A stretch of 16,885 nucleotides of DNA. Source: a virus. The position numbers were made by a program, and so were the translations under genes. The stretch lies in IMG/VR virus record IMGVR_UViG_3300037511_000197; one strand, given 5' to 3'. Below, one piece after another: positions 1-5,408 of the stretch (its first letter is position 1; every line of letters starts with the position of its first letter). Below the pieces are notes generated by a model that was not told the DNA's origin, ran no database searches, and worked only from the letters and a program-made list of their open reading frames with translations.

Positions 1-127
1 TCGTCGCCCGGCCCGTCCGCCGGGATGTGGCGCCTCACCGCGCGGCGCCCGTCTCTCGAGCCGGGCCCTCGCCGAACGAGAGGCCCTGTACGTGTTCCGG
101 TACGGGCTGCGACCCGTCCGCGGTGAG
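1..127. repeat. Terminal direct repeat, copy 1 (identical to 16759..16885); most likely circular-assembly overlap
   Basis: Base-by-base comparison shows 127/127 identity with the last 127 nt of the window. Confidence 0.95.
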
Positions 128-499
128 TACCTCGCTGCGGTCCGCCCGGCTGATCGGCTGCCCCTCCGGCCCGATGTAGCGGCCGCCCTCGGGGCGCGCG
201 TCGAGCTCCGCGGCGACGTACAGGGCGACGGAGATGCCGTGGTCCCACATGCCCGGGAGCATCCGCATCGCCGTGACCCTGTTGTGCGTCTCGCCGTACG
301 TGGCCAGGCTCAACCCGGCGCACTCGAGCTCTCCGGCGAACATCACCTCGGCGACCCGGTGTTCCTCGGTGTCTGCGTCCCGGGCGAACGTGGTCTGTAG
401 GGCGATGCTCCCCGGCATCGGCAGGTCCGGGTTGTCGGCGTACATCTGGGCGAGAGCGTGAATCGCGGCGATTTTCGCCGCTCTACTGTGCTGCGTCAT
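35..499 (-). CDS. Hypothetical protein, 154 aa (first gene of the leftward arm)
   Basis: The ATG (rc of 497..499) sits 7 nt downstream of a -10-like hexamer. The TGA stop (35..37) overlaps the GTG of the next minus-strand gene across the junction (GTGA). No family recognised. Confidence 0.75.
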   Translation of the reverse strand: MTQHSRAAKIAAIHALAQMYADNPDLPMPGSIALQTTFARDADTEEHRVAEVMFAGELECAGLSLATYGETHNRVTAMRMLPGMWDHGISVALYVAAELDARPEGGRYIGPEGQPISRADRSEVLTADGSQPVPEHVQGLSFGEGPARETGAAR

Positions 500-546
500 G
501 CGGCCAACCTTGACCGATCCCGGACCTCCATGTCAAGCTCTGGGAC
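500..546. promoter_or_regulatory. Divergent, overlapping promoter pair for two apparently leaderless genes
   Basis: Plus strand: TTGACC (510..515), 18 nt, CAAGCT (534..539), 7 nt, ATG 547. Minus strand: TTGACA (rc of 531..536), 18 nt, CAAGGT (rc of 507..512), 7 nt, ATG (rc of 497..499). Each -35 overlaps the other promoter's -10, through the inverted repeat CTTGAC/GTCAAG. No SD lies before either ATG. Confidence 0.5.
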
Positions 547-780
547 ATGACGATCACACAGACGGCAATCGCCATCGGGCCGGACCTCGGTACCGTCCCG
601 TGGGCCGCCGAAACGCTCAACCTCTCGCAGCGACACGTCCGTCGCCTCCTGCGAGACGGCAAGCTCAAGACCGTACGCCCGCGCCGCGGCTCGACCGAGA
701 GCCAGAACCGCTGCACGCTCGTGTTCGTCGACGAGGTGCTCGAGTACAAGCGCGCACGTCAGGTGGTGGCCGGTGAGTGA
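547..780 (+). CDS. Helix-turn-helix DNA-binding protein, excisionase/MerR-like (HTH_17-type), 77 aa
   Basis: The motif VPWAAETLNLSQRHVRRLLRDGKLKTVRP...LVFVDEVLEY is typical of Xis-family winged HTH proteins. It is the first gene of the rightward arm. Confidence 0.7.
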   Translation: MTITQTAIAIGPDLGTVPWAAETLNLSQRHVRRLLRDGKLKTVRPRRGSTESQNRCTLVFVDEVLEYKRARQVVAGE

Positions 781-1051
781 CGACGATCCCATCGAGGTTC
801 CCCAGTTCTACGACTGCGAGCGCTGCGGCCGATTCCTGTTCCCCGTCCGGGCTGTGTTCCTGTACGGCGAATCCGAGGGCGTCATCCTGTGGTCGGGCGG
901 CCCGTACGGCGTCGAGTGCGCCAAGGTCATCGCCCGCGAGCGGTGGAAGCGCGGCCAGATGACATACCGAGGGCTCAACAAGCACGGCCGCCCGCACCGG
1001 CCGTACCTGTTCCGCGGGTTCGCGTTCGGTGGCGGCCGTGCCGGCGCTTGA
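773..1051 (+). CDS. Hypothetical protein, 92 aa, with CxxC...C motif
   Basis: The GTG start overlaps the upstream stop (GTGAGTGA). High third-position GC. Motif YDCERCGRF...GVECAK. Confidence 0.65.
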   Translation: MSDDDPIEVPQFYDCERCGRFLFPVRAVFLYGESEGVILWSGGPYGVECAKVIARERWKRGQMTYRGLNKHGRPHRPYLFRGFAFGGGRAGA

Positions 1052-1178
1052 CCGCTCGACGCTGCAGCGGCCGCGGTGCGCGCGCTGCCGGCAGCTGCAC
1101 GGCGCCCTGGTCGCGTGCCCGCCGATCGGCGTGTGGCTGATGGCGTGGTCCGAACGGGTGAACGGGCGGCGCCGCTAA
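1038..1178 (+). CDS. Possible small protein, about 46 aa (alternative GTG at 1029), RPRCARCRQLHGALVACPP...
   Basis: Not in the ORF track because it is under 60 aa. My hand translation gives about 44/46 codons ending in G/C. It overlaps the upstream stop and ends at TAA 1176..1178. Confidence 0.35.
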   Translation: MPALDRSTLQRPRCARCRQLHGALVACPPIGVWLMAWSERVNGRRR

Positions 1179-1778
1179 ATCACGAACGGCCAGCATCCGA
1201 GGTTGCAATCCTCGGGCCGGCCGATCATGATGACGCTGCTCAAAAACCCAAGGTGAAGGCTACCGGATAAGTGCCCACCACTCGAACCGCAAGGACCGGA
1301 CTCGCAACCCGGTGAGTGACGAACCCCAGAGCAGGTAGTAACTGGGGGCCCCTGAGCTGGGGCGCAAAACGTCCGACGGCAATCCGTCCGTTCCCTAACA
1401 AGGTGAAAACGGTCATTTGGAGTCGGTCGCCACGCGCCCGTTGACCCCCGGAGCAACCCAGGGGCACACACGGCAGGCCCAGGACGCCACCCGCAGAGGG
1501 TGCGCGTACGGAGAGCACCGGCACCCCTCGAGCTGTAGTCCCACGGCGCTCTCTGGCCGCCGCGGGACTCATGGTGGGCCCGGGGGGTGCCGGCCGTACG
1601 CGGAAGAGCCGCCGACACATCCCGCCCTGGCGCGGCCGTAATGGGCCGCGCGGTGAGCTCTGCAACCGACCGACCGACCGTCGAGCCACCCCCACCCCTG
1701 CACGGCCACGCTTCCCTCGTGACCGTGCAGGGGTGGGGTGCTTCCCTCACTCACTCCCATCGAGCAGGAGAAACGCCC
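1179..1778 (+). other. ORF-poor, lower-GC, hairpin-dense non-coding block (candidate structured RNA, cos or ori region)
   Basis: No ORF here has protein-like composition or the high GC3 of neighbouring genes. It holds many stems: 1187..1223, 1324..1347, 1348..1363, 1375..1388, 1488..1502, the composite 1503..1602, 1630..1651 and 1690..1738. It also holds (ACCG)x4 at 1665..1680 and the 9-mer CAAGGTGAA twice exactly 150 nt apart (1249, 1399). Confidence 0.6.
1690..1738 (+). terminator. Strong GC-rich hairpin (16-bp perfect stem plus 4 bp inner stem), U-tail-less terminator or attenuator candidate
   Basis: CCCCACCCCTGCACGG (1690..1705) pairs with CCGTGCAGGGGTGGGG (1723..1738). An inner CACG/CGTG stem leaves a 7-nt loop, CTTCCCT. 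It lies 28 nt upstream of the AGGAGA RBS of gene 1779. No T-run follows. Confidence 0.45.
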
Positions 1779-2342
1779 ATGGAAATCCAGCTGCACGAGG
1801 ATCTCGAAGCCGCCCTATCCGCCGCCCTCCGATTCGCGCTCCGGATCGAGGCGTATGACGTCGCTGGACACCTCGCCCACGCCCTGCACGCCCACACGAC
1901 CGCCCAGAACGCCCAGCACGCCCACCGCCCGTACGGCGGGCCCGGACCCCTGTGCGGCCACGGGTACATCGCGGACGGCCAGGCATGCCCCCAGGGGTGC
2001 CCCGAACCTCCCACCGAACGACTCGTGCGCGTCCCCATGGTCGGCCGGACCCGCGATGAGGCTCCTAGGACGGCTCACCCGCTGTGTATCTGCCCACGCA
2101 ACGGCGCCGGCCGGATCGGCACCGATCCGGGCTGCCCGATCCACCAGCCGGGCGCCGCAGGCCTGCACGCCGTGCCCACCGAACGCATCGAACCTCCCGC
2201 CGAGTGGCACCGTCACGCCATCGAGGTCGATGCGGGCCAGCCGTACCGCAAATGGGAGCCCGGTCCCGTCCATCCGGGCCCCGAGGAGGCCTGCCGACTG
2301 CACCCCGCTCAGCAGGCCGTCAGCGAGCAGCCGGAAGCCTGA
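1779..2342 (+). CDS. Hypothetical Cys/His-rich protein, 187 aa
   Basis: AGGAGA (1766..1771) lies 7 nt before ATG 1779. GC3 rises sharply after 1779 compared with the upstream part of the long ORF 1587..2342. It contains CICP-x10-PGCPIH. Confidence 0.7.
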   Translation: MEIQLHEDLEAALSAALRFALRIEAYDVAGHLAHALHAHTTAQNAQHAHRPYGGPGPLCGHGYIADGQACPQGCPEPPTERLVRVPMVGRTRDEAPRTAHPLCICPRNGAGRIGTDPGCPIHQPGAAGLHAVPTERIEPPAEWHRHAIEVDAGQPYRKWEPGPVHPGPEEACRLHPAQQAVSEQPEA

Positions 2343-2352
2343 TACTTACCGT

Positions 2353-2676
2353 GTGGGGGGTTGGGAGCAGGGCAGCACCCGGGCATGGCGACGCACCCGT
2401 GCTCGGGTGCTGCTCCGCGACGCCGGGAAGGGCTGCAGGGCGCACGCTGAGGGCCCCAACGGCGACCAGGGCCCCACGTGGTGCGACCTCGCCGGGCGAG
2501 GCGCACACCGCTGCACGGGGCGTGGAGAGCACGCCCACCACACCCGCGGCCGCGCGGTCACGGGTGACGACGAACGCCACATCATCGCGGCATGCGGCCC
2601 GTGCAACCTGCACATCGGCGAACCGCAGCTATCAGGGGGAGATCCACCATGCACACCAGTCACGGCCTGGACATGA
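2353..2676 (+). CDS. HNH endonuclease, about 107 aa
   Basis: WRRTRARVLLRD...C...C...AHHTRGRAVTGDDERHIIAACGPCNLHIG matches the phage HNH beta-beta-alpha-metal layout. GTG 2353 is my best guess for the start. It lies upstream of terS/terL, as in HNH-assisted cos-packaging phages. Confidence 0.8.
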   Translation: MGGWEQGSTRAWRRTRARVLLRDAGKGCRAHAEGPNGDQGPTWCDLAGRGAHRCTGRGEHAHHTRGRAVTGDDERHIIAACGPCNLHIGEPQLSGGDPPCTPVTAWT

Positions 2677-3479
2677 TCGACATACACGCCCGCGGGTACG
2701 CCCTGCTCGAGCTCGAGTGCACACGATGCGGATGGACTGAGGAGCAAGACCCGGGCGGCCCTACGCTGAGCACCGTCATGGCGCACGCCATGCGCCACGT
2801 ACAGGAGGCGCACCGCCCGCCCGCTGACGTGGCCGTGGTGCGCCCGGACGACATCGAGCAGCGCACGTACCGGCGCGATGCTGAGCACAAGTGTCAGGAG
2901 TGGCAGCCCCGGCAACACCCAGGCTCCGCCACGTTGTACCGGTGCTCACTGGACCTTGGCCACGACGGGGCGCATCGGGCGTACGTAGATGGTGGACTCG
3001 TCGCGGGGTGGCCGCGGCGGCCCGACCCGTGGCGCGGGTACGGCGTGGGCGACACGGTGCGCTGGCACGGGATGCGCTGGATGATCGTCAAGCTCGAGTG
3101 CAAGACCAGCGTCGGCGACCAGGAAGAGACCACCGCAACGATCACGTTCGCCGACGAGCTGCGCGGCACGGCTGGTCTCCCGGACCAGCGTGTCGGGCTC
3201 GAGCGGCTCGAGCTCATCGAGCCGGCCGATTTTTCCCGGGCCGGCACCCCTGGGACACCCGCGCCCTGTTCTTTCTCTCCCCCCGGGCCGATCTCGAGCG
3301 ATTCTTCCGGGGCAGTCACGGAAGGTAGCGATCTCCGCTGTTCGTGCCCGCCGCCGGCCGATGACGTCTGGCCGGCACCGGGGTGCCCCGTGCACGGCGA
3401 GCCGGGCGCGCCCCGCCACACGCTGAACCACCCAGGCAGCGACCGATGGACAGGCGGGGATCGCAAGGACGAGCCCTGA
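2649..3479 (+). CDS. Hypothetical protein, 276 aa (alternative start ATG 2673 in an ATGA overlap)
   Basis: GGGGGAG (2635..2641) lies 7 nt before ATG 2649. The C-terminus carries CSCP-x9-PGCPVH, paralogous to the motif in gene 1779..2342. Confidence 0.7.
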   Translation: MHTSHGLDMIDIHARGYALLELECTRCGWTEEQDPGGPTLSTVMAHAMRHVQEAHRPPADVAVVRPDDIEQRTYRRDAEHKCQEWQPRQHPGSATLYRCSLDLGHDGAHRAYVDGGLVAGWPRRPDPWRGYGVGDTVRWHGMRWMIVKLECKTSVGDQEETTATITFADELRGTAGLPDQRVGLERLELIEPADFSRAGTPGTPAPCSFSPPGPISSDSSGAVTEGSDLRCSCPPPADDVWPAPGCPVHGEPGAPRHTLNHPGSDRWTGGDRKDEP

Positions 3480-3898
3480 TGGCCGAGCTCGAGCAGTTCA
3501 CCTCGCTGCGCGCGGCGCTGGTCGCGGCGCTCGAGGACGCGCCGTACCTCCCGCGGGACCGGGCGGCCGTGGCGCTGGCGCTGCGGTACGCCGACCTGCT
3601 CGACGACGCGCAAGATCGAGTGGAGCAGGCCGACGACGACGACGAGAGCCGGGCGTACGGCCGGTACGTCGCCGTGGTGGCGAAGATCGGCCCCCGGCTC
3701 GAGGCGGTCCTCGACCGGATGGGCATGACGCCCGGCGCGCGGCCGGCCGTACCCGGAGGGAGCCCGCATGGCAGCGCACCTGACCCCCGTGCCGTCGCCC
3801 TCGAGCAGCTGCAGCAATCCGCCGGAGCCCCTGCCCCTGGGATCGATCCGGCCGCGTTTGTGGACCCGGCCGTTGAGGAGGCTGACGCCGGAGACTAG
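3479..3898 (+). CDS. terS: Terminase small subunit, 139 aa
   Basis: It sits directly before terL with a TGATG start overlap. LRYADLLDDA...VAKIGPRLEAVLDRMGMTPGAR resembles actinophage TerS sequences. Confidence 0.65.
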   Translation: MAELEQFTSLRAALVAALEDAPYLPRDRAAVALALRYADLLDDAQDRVEQADDDDESRAYGRYVAVVAKIGPRLEAVLDRMGMTPGARPAVPGGSPHGSAPDPRAVALEQLQQSAGAPAPGIDPAAFVDPAVEEADAGD

Positions 3899-5342
3899 CT
3901 ACGGCTACGCCGTCATCGTGTTCGCTGCGCTCGTGCTGGGCGAGCCCCTCGACCCGTGGCAGCAGTGGCTCGTGATCCACCTCGGGGAGTTGCTCCCGGA
4001 CGGGCGGCCGCGGTTCCGTCAGGTGCTCGTGGTGGTCGCGCGGCAGCAGGGCAAGACGCACCTGTGCAAGGTGCTGTCGCTGTTCTGGCTGTTCGTCGAG
4101 AAGTGGCCGATGGTGTTCGGCACCTCGACGAACCTCGAGCAGGCCGCCGAGTCGTGGCAGGCCGCCGTGGACATGGCGAAGGAGTGCGAGCCGCTCGCCG
4201 GCCAGCTGCCGCGCAACGCGGTGCGGCTGGCCAACGGGCAGCAGACGTTCCGGACCGTCCACCGCACCGTGTACAAGATCGGCGCCGTCAACCGCAAGGG
4301 CGGCCGCGGCAAGAGCATCGACCGGATGATCGGCGACGAGCTCCGCGAGCACCAGTCGTGGGACGGCTACCTAGCCGCGTTCGGTGCCATGAACGCCCGC
4401 CCGTACGGGCAGGCCGTGTTCATCACCAACCAGGGCGACGCGAAGAGCGTCGTGCTGACCTCGCTGCGCGACAACGCCCTCGCGTACGCGACGACGGGGG
4501 AGGGGGACGAGCGTCTCGGGATCTTCGAGTGGTCGGCGCCGGAGGGTACGCACCCGATGGACGTGCACGGGTGGGCGGCCGCCATGCCGCAGCTGGGCCG
4601 GCGCACCGACTACGACTCGGTGCGCTCCCTGGCGCTGCGGGTGAGCAAACCCGGCGCCGACCCGGAAGAGCTCGCCGGGTTCCTCACCGAGTACCTGTGC
4701 ATGGCCGTGCCGTCGCTCAAGCCCGCGCTGTCCCCGGTCGCGTGGGCCCGCGGCCGGGTGCCCGCGCCGCTGGACCTCGAGCAGCGCGGCGCCCTGGCCG
4801 CGTGCCTCGACGTGTCCCCGGACCTGCAGCACGCGACCCTCGCCGTCGGCGCGTACGACGGGGCGAAGGTCCGCGGTGAGCTCGTGCACGCCTGGTCGGG
4901 TCCGGACGCCCTCACAGCGCTGCGCGCGGAGCTGCCGGAGTGGATCGCCCGCGTGCGCCCGGCGGTGCTCGGATGGTTCCCGGGCGGCCCGGCCGCGGCG
5001 CTGGACGCCGACCTGCGCGACCGGCGCAAGGAAGGCCGCCGCGGGTGGCCACCCGCCGGGGTGCGCATGGTGGAGATCACCACGGACGCCGCGGCGGTGT
5101 GCATGGGGTTCGCGTCGGCGCTGGACGCCAACCTTTTCCTACACTCGGGGCAGGAGTTGCTCGACGAGCAGGCCCGGCAGGCCACCACGCGCGCGCAGGG
5201 CCCGGACCGCTGGGTGTTCGCCCGCGGCGGTGACGCGCACTGCGACAGCGTGTACGCCGTGGCGGGCGTCGTCCACCTCGTACGCACCCAGCCGAAGCGG
5301 CGCCGGGTCAACCCGGGCGTACGTGTCGCACCCGGGGGCTAG
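3768..5342 (+). CDS. terL: Terminase large subunit, 524 aa
   Basis: Walker A-like VVVARQQGKT and Walker B-like IDRMIGDELREH. The N-terminal RPRLWTRPLRRLTPETSYGYAVIVFA is typical of TerL. GGAGGGA (3755..3761) lies 6 nt before the ATG. Confidence 0.9.
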   Translation: MAAHLTPVPSPSSSCSNPPEPLPLGSIRPRLWTRPLRRLTPETSYGYAVIVFAALVLGEPLDPWQQWLVIHLGELLPDGRPRFRQVLVVVARQQGKTHLCKVLSLFWLFVEKWPMVFGTSTNLEQAAESWQAAVDMAKECEPLAGQLPRNAVRLANGQQTFRTVHRTVYKIGAVNRKGGRGKSIDRMIGDELREHQSWDGYLAAFGAMNARPYGQAVFITNQGDAKSVVLTSLRDNALAYATTGEGDERLGIFEWSAPEGTHPMDVHGWAAAMPQLGRRTDYDSVRSLALRVSKPGADPEELAGFLTEYLCMAVPSLKPALSPVAWARGRVPAPLDLEQRGALAACLDVSPDLQHATLAVGAYDGAKVRGELVHAWSGPDALTALRAELPEWIARVRPAVLGWFPGGPAAALDADLRDRRKEGRRGWPPAGVRMVEITTDAAAVCMGFASALDANLFLHSGQELLDEQARQATTRAQGPDRWVFARGGDAHCDSVYAVAGVVHLVRTQPKRRRVNPGVRVAPGG

Positions 5343-5395
5343 GATGCCCGCCGCGCCAGGCTGAACGGACGGTAACGACAACCGTTTCCAGGACG

Positions 5396-5401
5396 TACAC
5401 T
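5396..5401 (+). promoter_or_regulatory. -10-like hexamer TACACT placed 7 nt upstream of ATG 5409 (possible leaderless start of the head gene)
   Basis: It matches TANNNT and has the same 7-nt hexamer-to-ATG geometry as the two promoters at 500..546. No SD lies upstream of 5409. I found no convincing -35. Confidence 0.3.
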
Positions 5402-5408
5402 GCCGATC

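Noticed and set aside
1-127. Terminal repeats as biological direct terminal repeats, LTRs or att sites of an integrated element
   Set aside because: The repeat lies inside coding sequence of an operon that is only intact when circularised. No integrase is present. An exact 127-nt overlap is most simply an assembly signature. This still needs read-level confirmation.
547-780. The Xis-like HTH protein as evidence of a temperate, integrating lifestyle
   Set aside because: No integrase or attP-like element was found. The same fold is widely used by generic transcription regulators, so lifestyle cannot be inferred from it.
1197-1215. tRNA-like T-arm: CCGAGG TTGCAAT CCTCGG, followed by GGCCGGC
   Set aside because: The loop has G where the near-invariant C56 of the T-loop (TTCRANY) should be. 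No complementary acceptor 5' strand, D-arm or anticodon arm lies in the roughly 60 nt upstream. I treat it as one of several hairpins in the non-coding block.
1179-1500. Possible known riboswitch or ncRNA, such as the ydaO/c-di-AMP class or 6C RNA, because of GAATC-like and C-rich or G-rich runs
   Set aside because: I could not align the conserved cores from memory. The genomic context (not upstream of a hydrolase or transporter) does not fit. Only a covariance-model search could settle it.
1665-1680. (ACCG)x4 microsatellite, and other short repeats, as a possible CRISPR array or iteron array
   Set aside because: It is far too short, with no spacer-repeat architecture. No repeat-spacer organisation occurs anywhere in the window. 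I kept it only as a detail of the structured region.
1175-1750. ORFs inside the non-coding block: minus 191 aa and 151 aa, plus 74 aa at 1417..1641, and the upstream extension of 1587..2342
   Set aside because: Their composition is non-protein-like (Arg/Gly/Cys/Pro-rich). Third-position GC is only about 70-80% against about 90% in real genes here. They run straight through strong hairpins. A good RBS+ATG at 1779 marks the true gene start. A small peptide cannot be fully excluded.
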